Source of the DNA: Octopus bimaculoides | Lineage: Eukaryota | Assembly (NCBI RefSeq): GCF_001194135.2 | Contig: NC_068984.1 | Coordinates: 99,395,333 to 99,459,332 of the forward strand | Length of the DNA: 64,000 bases | Reading direction: 5' to 3' | Part shown: one piece after another, positions 26,060 to 37,804 of the stretch | How positions within the stretch are numbered: position 1 is the stretch's first letter | Layout of the letters: each line of letters begins with the position of its first letter | Position numbers and translations under genes: made by a program | Notes under the pieces: model-generated | Database searches by the model: none | The model's input: the letters and a program-made list of their open reading frames with translations, nothing else | Told to the model about the DNA's origin: nothing

Positions 26060-26420
26060 TTTTATTATAACATAAATTAAAGGTGCTCTTCTAAATCCAT
26101 CACAAAGCTGGAAGCCCTTTTGTATCATCTGAAAGTCTCAAGGTCACAAGCATTGCACCTCTTAACTTGTATGCTTTGCCTGAGTGGGATAGTGAGGACT
26201 GAACTAGTTTTCATCGTTGGAAAGGTTCCGCTTGCGGTCTCTTCTCAACCATTGCTACCTTGAGCTTGTTTCAGATACCAAGCCTATCTCTTTGATGGCT
26301 TTCTTAGATCTATCACTGATGACAAATTCAGCAGTGGTTTCTTCTTGAAGCCTTTGGGGCTTTCAAATTCATCCACTCTTTTTGTGCATTGAGTAAGTTG
26401 AGCAGAGAGGCTCTAGACAC
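26060..26420 (-). mobile_element. HERO-like (RLE non-LTR) 3' end relic
   Basis: Minus frame KKAIKEIGLVSETSSR*QWLRRD parallels the ORF ending LEKASHWIWLKRDD of the element at 61198-62559. Confidence 0.45.
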
Positions 26421-26789
26421 TCTGGTGTGCCTCCTGACCCTGATCCTCCTCCATCTGACAAGCAGTGCTGACGCTCCTAAAACTAAGCCCCTGGGAAGTG
26501 TCAGATGTTTTACATTCCTCTAGTTGCTCTTTGCATTTTGATTTGTGAATACTAGTTTGTTGTGTGGTAATCTGGAGTGTGACTCAAGAAGATTTAAAAT
26601 GCTCCAGACACACACACTGTATGTTCTGACTGCACCACTGCAACATCTTCAAAAGTTAAGGGTCCCATCACTTGAGTTGAGAATCCCATCACTTGAGTGG
26701 AGGATCCCATCACTCACCACCATATTGTAATTCTGCTTGTTCCTTCCTTAGTTACTTAATTCGTCCGTTCATTACGCACTTCATATAAA

Positions 26790-27125
26790 TATGTGTGTTT
26801 CTATCTATCTATAAACACACACAGAATGTCGCACATTCACACACACGCACACACTTTCTATCACCACTCTCTCTCTCTCTCTCTCACCATCTCCCTTGCA
26901 CTCTGACTCTTTCTCTCTCTCACTACCTCTCTGTCCCTCCTCTGTACTGTACATCAACACATTGTTAAATCAAAGAGAAATAACCACAGTAAATTTTCGA
27001 TGTTACTTTTCTATAGAAAGGAGGGACAGAAAAGTAGTGAGAGAGAGAGAGTAATGATAGAAAGTGTGTGTGTGAACGTGTGACATTCTCTGTGTATTTA
27101 CAGATAGCTAGATAGACACATATCT
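26790..27125. mobile_element. Fold-back/MITE-like inverted repeat (arms ~26790-26947 and ~27013-27125)
   Basis: CACAGAATGTCGCACATTCAC...CTTTCTATC...CACTACCTCTCTGTCCCTCCT is the near reverse complement of AGGAGGGACAGAAAAGTAGTG...GATAGAAAG...GTGAACGTGTGACATTCTCTGTG. Confidence 0.7.
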
Positions 27126-27699
27126 ATACATACATGTATAGATGTATGTAAACTGTAAATCGGGGATGGGGTTTTTATCTGTATATCTAATGAAACACAT
27201 TTTGAAATTGAAATCAAATGTTATTCAAATGTAATCTACTTTGGACAAATATATCTATCTAATAAAGTAAATAAATAAAACAAGTTTTGAAATTGAAATA
27301 AAATGTTACTCAAAATGTAGAGGTTTTTTTTTATCGCGGGTGCCACTGACTTGCATGGGTGCACACATCCAGAAACATCATGCAGTTGTCATGGTAACAA
27401 GCAGTTAATGCCTTGCTGTCTGTTGATGGGTTAAAATTACCCAAATTTTCAAACTTTAATTCCAAATAACATCAGATTCTTAATTTACGAGATAATGTAA
27501 TTACTTGAGAATAATCAAAATTCAGAACTGCATCGATACACCAAAATTAAAAACAATCTGAGCAAAATTGAATGGGATCTGATTTTGTGAGTGAAACATT
27601 GAAGAACCAAATTGCCTATAACAGACCATTTCTATCAATTTTTTGTGTGTTTTGTATACATATTATCTTGTATTTCTTTTGTGTTTATAAACTGCATTC

Positions 27700-30600
27700 A
27701 TCATGAACTGGCAACAAAAACTGGAAGTTGCTCACACGAGAATGAGTCTCTACAGGCAGAGGATTAGGGAAGAGCAGAGGCAGGAAATCCTAGAGAGAGA
27801 CAGGCAATGCTAGCAGCTGAGACAAGTGTCAATGGAGGGTGAACAAAATGAGGAACACCTGCAGCAAGATAGGAGGAGACAACAAATAAGACGAGAAAAT
27901 ATGAATGAGGAACAGCATGTACAGTACCAGAAGCAGCAGAGACACTTATCTCAGCAAAAGAGAGAGAATATGAATGAGGAACAGCATGTACAGTACCACG
28001 AGCAGCAGAGAAACTTATTTCAGCAAAGGGTAGGGAACATGAATCAACATGACAGGGTTACTTAGCAAAACCAAAGGGGAACATATCGAGAAAAATTTCA
28101 AAATATGAATGCTGGTGAAATTGACAATTTCAGGAGGCATCAGGTGCAGTGACAGCGTGTGAGAAGACATAGGTCAGTGCTGAACAGAGCAATTGTTAAT
28201 GAATTGGAACAATTTAACATAGGAGAAATGAACGTTATATGTGAATACTGAGTTGCGCTTAGGATTAGAAATGAAAATAGCAGTTGTTGCCACAATGGAA
28301 AAGTGAACGTGCCTGCATTGCAACCATATCCAGAGACACTAAAAAATTTATTTGAGGGAATAAATCAAGAGTCTGTTTTATTCCATAGAAATATCAGAAA
28401 TTACAATTGTACCTTCTTATTTGCGTCATTTAGAGTCAAACTGGCAGCACCTCCAGGAAGGGAACCGTATTGCTTCCGCATTCCAGGCCAAACTAACCAC
28501 ACGACAATGACAAACCTGCATCCTGCTAATGATCAACTGCAATACGGCCAGTTATACATCATTGATGCTGATGAAGCTCTGCAGCACAGGATGGATGCAC
28601 CTCAAAATTCTGAGTGTTCCTCTGTTACTATGAGAAAAATAAGTAATGTTATCCACCAAATTAATCCTTATGCAGAATTGTACAAGAACAAGCATGCAGT
28701 TGAATAAGAAGAGGAGAGAGCCAGAAGAGACTATGTGCCAATACGGAGATGTGAGTTACATTTCAGGAGAGAGACAACCCAGCTGCAGATCGTGAGCAGA
28801 ATCAAGCTCACAATGAAATTACTAATTATCTTGCTTGCCGATATATTTCTCCTCCGGGAGCTATGTGGAGACTCAGAGTTCAAGCTACATGACATATCTC
28901 ACACTGTCTACAAACTTGCAAGTACATCTTGAAGATCAGCAAAGACTTTACTTTCAAACTGAATGAGCATAATGATGATGATGCAAGGAACCACTTGTAC
29001 CCTGACACTTCGCTGCATTATATGTTTAATGAGCGCAGTAGAACATGGACATCAAGGCAAAGCAATACTAATATCATCTGTAGAATGTATACAGTGAGCC
29101 CTAGAGACACAGAAAAATTTCCCTTGTGAATGTTGCTGCTGCATGTTTCAGGCACCGTGAACTTCCAGGATTTGCACACTGTAGGAGAAATCTTGCCAAA
29201 ATTTAAGGCATCATGCCTGAGATACAGTCTTCTTGCAAATGATGACACACTGTCGGATGCCCTTACAGTTGCGTGTTATGTTTGCTGCCTGTCAGATGCC
29301 CTTACAGTTGCGTGTTATGTTTGCTGCCTGTCAGATGCCCTTACAGTTGCGTGTTATGTTTGCTGCCTGNNNNNNNNNNCGTGTTATGTTTGCTGCCTGT
29401 CAGATGCCCTTACAGTTGCGTGTTATGTTTGCTGCCTGTCGGATGCCCTTACAGTTGCGTGTTATGTTTGCTGCCCTGTGCACGTATATGAACCCTGCAA
29501 ATGCTCTTCACCTGTGGACCACTCACAAGAAATCCATGATTGAAGATTTCTTGCAGCAAGGTTTTAATGCAGAACACGCAGAAAACATGGCACTGCACTC
29601 AATTAATGCAATTCTGATAGAGAATGGCATTCATTGTTTAGCAATTGGTCTGTCTGAACCTATTGGATTACTGCAGCTTGACTATCATGAATACCTCGAT
29701 CACCCAGGCATTGCTAACACTTACGGATAAACAGAGACTGATCGCTAATGCTGTGCTTGAACCTGTAGATAAGAAGAGAAGAGGTGAGGTACACAACCAC
29801 TCCTGTTTCTATGTAGATGCACCAGGAAATTGTGGTAAAACTTTTATGTTTAATACCATAATTTCTTATCTGCGAAGGAACAACTGCAGCGTGTGCAGTA
29901 TTGCTTGAGCAGGTATTGCCTCTATACTATTGTCAGGTGGAAAGACTATCCATAGTTTGTTCAAGTTGCCTGTCCCACTCATGGAGGCCAGCGTTTGTAA
30001 TGTACCAGCCACTTCAACCATGCAAATCATTTACGAAACTTGTATTTGATCATCTTGGATGGGTTTTCTATGATCCATTTGTTTGCTCTTTATGCTATTG
30101 ATAAAGCCTTGTGCAATATCACTACCATTGCTGCTGTTTTTTTTGGTGGTAAAGTTGTGCTCTTGGGGAGAGACTTTAGGCAAGTCCTACCCATGATGCC
30201 AAGAGGAACTCGTGAGGCAATTATTGAAATCTTTATTAAAAATTCTCCTCTAAGGTTGAATTTTATTCAATACAGATCAAACAACAGCAGATCAAAGAGA
30301 ATTTGTAGCATGGTTCTTGCTTCCTGGCAAGGGAACTTATGCAGCTCCACAAGGTCCTAGTCTTGCTGCTGATGACATAGAAGTGCCTCAAATTTCATAC
30401 GTTGATGGCTTTCTGGCGGATGATATCTTCAACAATACATCTGAGGAAGAGAGAAGAAGCAGAGTAATTCTTTCGCCAAAGAACTCAGACTGCCTCCTGA
30501 TCAATGAAGAAGTTTTGAGACAACTTCCAGGTGGCTGCCACACCTATTATAGTACAGATAAAGTTTTGACAGACGATCCTGCTGAGGCTGAGTGCTATCC

Positions 30601-31100
30601 ACTTGAATTTTTAAACTCTTTGACACCATCAGGAATGCCTCCTCATAAATTGAGTTTAAAATCTGGCTCAGTAGTAATGCTTCTTCATAGCATTTCTATC
30701 CAGAATGGACTCTGCAATGGTACAAAATTGGAAGTGGTAGCCATGCACCAACATTTAATTGAGGCTTCCTTGGTTAGCGGCTCACTAATTGGCAGGCATG
30801 TCTTCATCCCCAGAATAAAGCTGGCTCCAAGCGACCCCAACTTGCCATTCACCTTGGAGAAAACCCAGTTTCCTGTCTGTTTGTCATATGCCATGACTAT
30901 TAACAAGTCACAAGGGCAGACATTTGAGGTGGGATTGGTCTTACCTCAGCCAGTATTCAGTCACAGGCAGTTGTATGTGGCATACTCTAGAGCTTTCAAA
31001 CTCTCAGATGTAAGGGTTAAAGTGATGAAGACAGACAGACAAGGAAGGAGAAGAGGGTGAACTGTTACTAAGAACATTGTCTGCCGAGAGGTACTGACTT
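27700..31100 (+). pseudogene. RepHel (Rep/PIF1-like helicase) pseudogene
   Basis: N-terminal 23-aa Q/E/R repeats, Zn-binding CEY...SCCHNGKV, RNIRNYNCTFLFASF, QLQYGQLYIID, YISPPGAMWR, RMYTVSP, MPLQLRVMFA, Walker A DAPGNCGKT, GRDFRQVLP, SGMPPHKLSLK, NGLCNGTKL, FPVCLSYAMTINKSQGQT, QLYVAYSR. Many stops and frameshifts. Confidence 0.9.
29250..29474 (+). repeat. 39-bp in-frame minisatellite inside the Helitron ORF (>=5 units, 10-N gap)
   Basis: Unit CTGTC(A/G)GATGCCCTTACAGTTGCGTGTTATGTTTGCTGC. Confidence 0.9.
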
Positions 31101-33402
31101 GAAGGAGTGGAGTGTTTTCAGAAATTTTGGAGACCCTTGATTGCATTAGGTATATATATATTAAATGAATAGCTTTCAAAAGAGGAAACTATTTATATGT
31201 GGCATGTATTATATAGTTTTGTATTGTTTTCAGTATTCATATCGGAGGAAACTGGCATGGCTCTATGTTGCGAGTGGGTGTACCACGGACAGATTGGCAT
31301 TGGCAATCTTTGCACACATGGTGAACACTACCAAGTATCTCTGTGTTGTTTATTTTCCCAAGTTATGAGTATTGTATGTTAAAAAAGGGTAGAATTAATA
31401 GCTAAACTTTATGTATTTGTAAATAGAACAGTTCAAATATACGCAATTTTAGTATTTGCTGCCTAAGTATCTCATTTTATTATGTATGTAGAGATTTTAA
31501 TTACTCCTTTCTTCAATGCATTAATTTCATACTTACATATATGTAGAAAAAGTTTATTATTTACTCAACATTCTATTAATTGGTTCATGGAAATTCCACA
31601 GGTCCTGTTAGTTTATATAAACATGATTAATGAGAACTAATGTGCCACAGAAAAGCTCCAGTGTTGGTGTCACATAAAAGTACCTGTACCGGTGCCTTGT
31701 GGTTTGCATTAGAGAGGGTATCTACTTGTAGAAACCATGTCAAAACAGACAAATGGAGCCCAGGCAGCTTTCCAGCTGTCTAACTGTTGGCAAACCATCC
31801 AACTCATATAGAATGGAGAACTGACCTTAAAAGATGATGATGATGATGATGATGATCTATGTATGAAAGAGTCAGACACAATATCTAACGCTATGACACA
31901 CTGAAGCTATGAGTGTGTCTTTAATTTTATTATGTATAGAGCCATGCTGATGCTCCCTGAAAATGATAAGAACTGTATTGTTGTTCTTGTGTGGTATATT
32001 CATCTATTTACACTGGGTAGGCATAAATGGGTAGGTAGTTTAGTTGATGCGGTGCACTTATTGTTGAAGTCATTACAAGGCCCATCATCCTGTATGTGTG
32101 TGTGAGTGCGCATTTGTATTTATCATGAAGGTGTGTATATATTCATCTGTATGTATTTTTAAATATTTAGATCTCTGTAGAAAGTTGTGTGTATGTGTAT
32201 GTGATTCTACGCATGCACACACACACACACACACACACATGACTGCAGCATTCCCTCTCTGCTAGGAATAATGTGTGTCTATATGGATGTGTGGGTCTAA
32301 GTATTTAAAGCTAACAATAAGTGGCAGGTTTACTTTATTTTTTCCAGTAATACCTCATTAAATATTCATCTCCCTTCAACAGTCTTAAAAATTTTTCTAC
32401 ACACACACATACACACCACAAATTTTTTTTTACACTTTTGAAAACTTAAACATCAGCAGTTTTGTCTTCCTATATTATTTCTATGTTGAATCAGATTTTA
32501 AAATAAAAGTTTTAAAATAAACTCTAAATAAAATTATTTTTAATGACCAGTTTTGCAATTTATTGATTATGACTTTCAAAACGGAACAATTTTATATTCT
32601 TAGTCTCGTCATGGTTAATATATAATAGCAATTAACAACTTCAAGTTTTTTTTTTATCCCATCGGAATAAATTAATGATTTTGTAATATTTTAAAATTAT
32701 TTTTATTTTTATCTTTGTTTATATTTTTTAATTGTTCATCTTTTGATAACTTTTTTTTTTGTGCATATGTGTGGTTTATTATCTAATTTTTTTAAAAAAC
32801 TATCTTTTTTTGTTTGTTATTTTTGAACTTGCTTATATTATTGCATCAAAAAAGAAAAAAAAAAAAAAGGAAGAACAAAATGACTTTAAAAATCATTAGA
32901 TTCCCCAAGAGTGCTAAACGCCAACTTCTGAAATGGGAAGTACCAAATATTTGCAGCTAACAATGTAAGATGTCATTAGTATATTCTATACATTATAAAC
33001 ATTGATATAAGTTAATGCAGTGAATTACTTTAAAAAATTAATTACATATGTTTAAATGCCTGAATAGCATGCAGAAAATGTGAAATAGATAGCAATAGAG
33101 CATAAAAGTATATTATGCTTATAATGTGAAAATAATGAAATATGTTATAGAAACATGAAAATATTAGCAGTCATTATCTAATATGTGCTTTTACTTCATG
33201 GTACATTTGTTTTTAATTAGCTTTTCGGTGGTTTGATATAATTAACACAGGTAAGGGCATGGGTATGAGGTTAAGAATTTCACTTCACAACCACGTGATA
33301 CTGACTTCGATCTCTGCATGGTACCTTGAGCAAGTATTTTCAACTATATCCTTGAATGTGTGTATGTATGTGTGTGTATATACACACATGTATATATGTG
33401 TG

Positions 33403-33494
<92 letters not shown>

Positions 33495-33547
33495 GATAGA
33501 TAGATATAGATAAGTGTAGAGATATAAGTATGTGTATATGTGTATAT

Positions 33548-33960
33548 ATATCATCATCATCATCATCGTCATCGTCGTTTAACGTCCGCTTTCCATGCTA
33601 GAATGGGTTGGACGATTTGACTGAGGACTGGTGAAATCAGATGGCTACACCAGGCTCCAATCTGATTTGGCAGAGTTTCTACAGCTGGATGCCCTTCCTA
33701 ACGCCAAGCACTCAGAGAGAGTATTGGGTGCTTTAACGTGCCACCGGCACGAAGGCCAGTCAGGCGGTACTGGCAATGGCCATGCTCAAAATGGTGTATT
33801 TTATGTGCCACCCGCACAAGAGCCAGTCCAGGGGCACTGGCATCGATCTCGCTCGAAAGTCCTTACACATGTCACAGGCACAAGTGCCAGAAAGGCGACA
33901 CTGGGCACAGGTGCCATCACGATTTCGCTTTTGCTTGCCCCAACAAGTCTTCGCAAGCTG
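33548..33960 (-). mobile_element. RTE 3' UTR fragment
   Basis: (CAT)n CGTTTAACGTCCGCTTTCCATGCT start. Matches 2440-2830. Confidence 0.8.
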
Positions 33961-34071
33961 AGATATATATATATATATATATATAAAGTAAGTTTGCAGG
34001 GAGATATTATCCAGGTGTATACTGTGTTTGGTCTCTGAGCAGAGTTTAATTCAAAGTGGACCTGATGTACA

Positions 34072-34155
34072 GACCCTGATGAAACTGCACTGACAATATT
34101 GCAAGTTTGCATCTGCGTTGGTGTACAGTTGGTGCAGTGGAAACACATGTAGGTC
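34072..34155 (+). ncRNA. Candidate type I hammerhead ribozyme with extended stem II
   Basis: Stem I GACC (34072-75) / GGUC (34152-55); core CUGAUGA (34076-82); stem II ACUGCAC (34084-90) / GUGCAGU (34132-38) with an A.G mismatch at the base; GAAAC (34140-44); stem III AC-ACAU-GU; cleavage triplet GUA (34149-51). Confidence 0.55.
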
Positions 34156-34290
34156 ATGGTAATATGCTGTGTTTTACTGTAAAATAAATTATCAATGTGC
34201 AAATCTCCATTCTCCTTATTATTAACATTATATATATATATATATATATATATTTTATATATATATATGTTAATAATAAGGGGAATGGAG

Positions 34291-34336
<46 letters not shown>

Positions 34337-34391
34337 TGGACAACTGAACTCAACATGTTTTTTTCATTCACTCTCTATTTATTTCCCCTTA

Positions 34392-34432
34392 TTCTTTTCT
34401 GTCGAAGAGTTCAGGCTCGAAACGTAAAAAAC
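34392..34432 (+). ncRNA. Candidate minimal type I hammerhead ribozyme (variant core CUGUCGA)
   Basis: UUUU / CUGUCGA-A / stem II GAG-UUCAGG-CUC / GAAAC-GUA (palindromic ACGU stem III) / AAAA. Matches the CUGANGA-A-stem-GAAACGUH layout of minimal Penelope-associated hammerheads. Confidence 0.45.
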
Positions 34433-34519
34433 TTTTCCATTTTTCCCGAGTGTCAAATTAATACACTTTTTTGTTGTTCCTACACTTGTCTTCATCTTTG
34501 TTTTTCTCTAAATTTGAAC

Positions 34520-34552
<33 letters not shown>

Positions 34553-35053
34553 ACATACATACACACATATACATGCAGATAAATAAATATGTGTCTATGT
34601 TAGTGTGTGTTATACATATGTATATTCTCTCATAGTGTTGAGCAGTATGTTCTTGGTTATGGCATATAACCACAACTCTTTCACACTCACTAATTCACAT
34701 GTCAATGCCTCTTCTGACATGCTGGCCAGAAATGCAAAGCCTCTTTAATGCTGCACGTGAAAATATAGTTCAAAAGGCAAAATATTTTGTTGCTTCCCTT
34801 GTAATAGAAAATTCATTTTGGCAACCTGGTCATCCCCTTTTTTTGGATCAAAGAGCAGAAAATATGTATTCTAGTGCATCTGACCTCCTTGAGCCACAGC
34901 TGACATTGTACCATGGTACACATGGCAGATAAAGCAATTGAGAACATGAAAAGAAGGAAAGCTGCAGGTTCATCAGGAATAGTTGTGGAGATGCTCAAAA
35001 GTTTCAGTGAAGTAGGGTACATGATTACCACACTGACAGTCGATTAAGTTATA

Positions 35054-36536
35054 CACTGAACCACAAGAGAAATGCATGTCGTGTGTGACTGTGAAATATG
35101 CTTTAATTTCATTGTCAGAGATAAATTTTGATTAATCTGAGAAAGTCAATTTCTTGGATGCACTTTTTCTACAGTCTATGGTTCGTTGTCATGTGTTCTG
35201 GTAGTGGACAGATCCAGCACATCGAGATTGTAGGGCATGACATGTTGAATACCATGTATGCCCTCCCTGGGTGATGGAATGCATTAAGCAGTTCACAAAA
35301 ACCATTGGCACCTGTGCTCACACTCTGAGGAAAGCTGGCTCCAGTTCCACATGAGTTGTCAGCCCTGGGACCACCTGGTTCAGCTGTCTCTGGATTTCAT
35401 CCCACGGGTGTTCAATTGGGCTCAAATCCAGGCTGAGAGCTGGCCACAGCATGGTTCTGATGTTCTGCTGATGCAGGAAGTCCATGGTGACCCTGGCCAT
35501 GTGGGAGGGAGCATTGTCCTGCTGGAACATGTGACTATAGTGACGCATGAAAAAGGGCACAATTTGAGGTCTTAGGATCTGGTCAATGTAGCGCTGTGCT
35601 ATGATGCCATTCCTTCTGCCTGCACCAACATTTTGGAACAAATGAGGCCCAATTCTCTGATTCAGGCCTATATCACTCCAAACCATGATGCTTTGACCAC
35701 CCCACGTGTCTCTCTCCATGACACATACATCTCTGTAGCGTTCACCTCTCCTATGTCACACTCTCACTCTGCCATCCGAGATGGAAACACAGTACTGGCT
35801 CTCGTCAGAGAAGACTATTGACCTCCATTGTTGATGCCACCAATGTTGGTGCTGTGTAGCCCACTGTAGTCATGCCTGACAGTGGTGGGAGGTGAGGACA
35901 GGCCCTCAAGCAGGACGATGGCAGCGCAGGTTGTTGGCGGCCAGTCGACATCATACTATGTTGTCACTGATGGGTCACTGTCCAGTGCCAATGGTCTCAC
36001 AAGCTGTCACGCTGGCTGGTCTGAAGCAATCACGGAGGTGTTGCAGGTGGATGAAGTGGTCCTGCCTGGGCGTGGTCACCTGAGGGTACGGTCTGCAGTG
36101 CTGTTGGTGTTGTATCACTGTTGCAGGTGATAGATGGTGCTGACATGGACATTGTAAGCTTTTGCAACAACCAGGGCATGCTGCTCTGCTTGCAATCAGC
36201 TGATAGCTTCTCTCTGCACTGCTGACAATCAGGTCATACCTGATGCATCCAAATTATGAATGCCAGGAATGTGGTTCAAGTTGATTTTTATACCCATAAC
36301 CTCCATGAGATGCATATCCATCTCGGTTTGCATAACAATTGTTTGCAATTGTCACCCACAGCATTCAGCACAGCTACATTTTGGCATCTCATTTCAGGGT
36401 AAGTTGAAAGGTTACCTGCAATTTGAGTCTCAACCATAAACCAGCATGTCTTTGAATACTTACACTTACATCTCTGAAATAGATTTTCATATAAAAATGA
36501 CATTTGAAAAAATTGCGTTTCTTTTGTAGTTCAGTG
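35054..36536 (-). mobile_element. Tc1-family DNA transposon, full length (1483 bp), inactive
   Basis: 23-bp TIRs CACTGAACCACAAGAGAAATGCA / TGCGTTTCTTTTGTAGTTCAGTG (20/23 match). TA duplication at 35052-53 and 36537-38. Confidence 0.95.
35318..36245 (-). pseudogene. Tc1 DD34E transposase pseudogene
   Basis: VFSDES, WGGQSIMVW, FQQDNAPSH...WPALSLDLSPIEH (34 residues between D and E). The N-terminal HTH region is disrupted by stops and indels. Confidence 0.92.
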
Positions 36537-37213
36537 TATAGGAAGGAGTCATACCCAATGCCTGGCATAGCAGTATCATTAACTGCTACCAAAGCAAAGG
36601 AGATACCTTAGAGAGAAACAACTATAGAGGGATCAAATTACTGGATCAGGTTATGAAAATCACTGAGAGAGTACAATTGATTCATGACAGAGTAGGACTA
36701 GATGTGATGCTTTTGGCTTTGCTCTTAAAAAACATACCATGGATGCAATCTTCCAAGTGCGGCAACTTCTGAAGAAATATCAGACATGTTATATTTGCAC
36801 TTGGTACAAGTTTTGATGGAAATGTTCCACCAGTATTTCTTGCATTTACATGAATGTGCGTATTCAATTGCAAAGGTCTGTTTATATTTATACCAAGGTA
36901 GTTTTTTTCTTCTTCTGTGAGTGGTATTTCATATTGCTTTAACAAAAACATCATGTTGCTAATACATCAGTAGCATTTTTTGGGCAGCTGCTGATTATGT
37001 GTGTTATGTCCTCCATAGATGAGTGACAATCACCATTTGTGGTAGCATCTTTGGAGTTTGAGGGCTACACCATTCTGCTTGTTCAGCTGATGTTCTACAG
37101 CCAACTTCTTCACTTGGATTATAAATCCATAACCTTTAAAATGTGATGTGATGTGATGTAATAGCCACAAGTTCAAGATTGGCTACATTTCATGCTACTG
37201 TTATCATCCTCTT

Positions 37214-37802
37214 CAACTTCACCACTCATATTCAAACGAAGTGGCCTGCCTCACTGACCTGCACTCTCCTGATCAGTGTGTAAATGCTTGGCAGATCAGA
37301 TCTTGAGAGGACGTCTATGTCTGGGACCTTATCTTGCCAGGTGATTTTCAACTTTCTTATGCAGTTCATATGGAAATGGTTTAGCTTCTAGGTGTGGTGG
37401 TCATAAACCATCCAAGTCTCGTACATGAACAGTAGTGTAGGCAGAACAGCTGCTTGGTATACCTTCAACTTGGTGGCCAGCCTAATGTCTTTCCTCTCTT
37501 ACATGGCTCCCCAAGAATGAACTGGTGGAAGGTAAGCACACACAAGGTGAACAGAAAATGTGCTTCAAGGATGCACTCAAATCCTTATGGAAGAACTTTG
37601 AGATCAACCCTGACATGTGGGAAATGCAAGTGCAAGCCTGCCCTGCTAGAGGCACCACCTCCTACAAACAGAATAGGATTGCAAGGCCACAAAGAAAACG
37701 TGAACTGCACAAGTCCAGAGCCAACTCCTCATCTGCAGTCTCAGCAGACCATTAGTGACCAACCTGCAGGAGAGCCTTCCAAACATACACCCAAGAGGAT
37801 GA
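37214..37802. mobile_element. RTE-BovB-like 3' fragment with inverted 5' part
   Basis: 37214-37506 minus: ERKDIRLATKLKVYQAAVLPTLL..ETW...KLNHFH...ITWQDKVPD...AGHFV..MSGE. 37507-37790 plus: LPKNELVEGKHTQGEQKMCFKDALK...WE, the direct continuation. Confidence 0.8.
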
Positions 37803-37804
37803 AA

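Larger units (their letters stand above)
27186..31611 (+). mobile_element. Helitron, internally deleted and decayed
   Basis: 5' A|TC end at 27186 or 27254 (ATCTATCTAATAAAG). 3' hairpin CATGGAAATTCCACAG (31586-31601) followed by TTAG|T (decayed CTAG). Internal RepHel relic. Confidence 0.9.
34915..36782 (+). mobile_element. RTE RT fragment split by the Tc1 insertion
   Basis: DKAIENMKRRKAAGSSGIVVEML before the insertion. After it: EGVIPNAWHSSIINCYQSKGDTLERNNYRGIKLLDQVMK...AIFQVRQLLKKY. Homologous to 49345-49510. Confidence 0.85.

Noticed and set aside
29233-31060. Host PIF1 helicase gene
   Set aside because: Intronless, disrupted by many stops and frameshifts, preceded by Helitron Rep-side motifs and bounded by Helitron termini.
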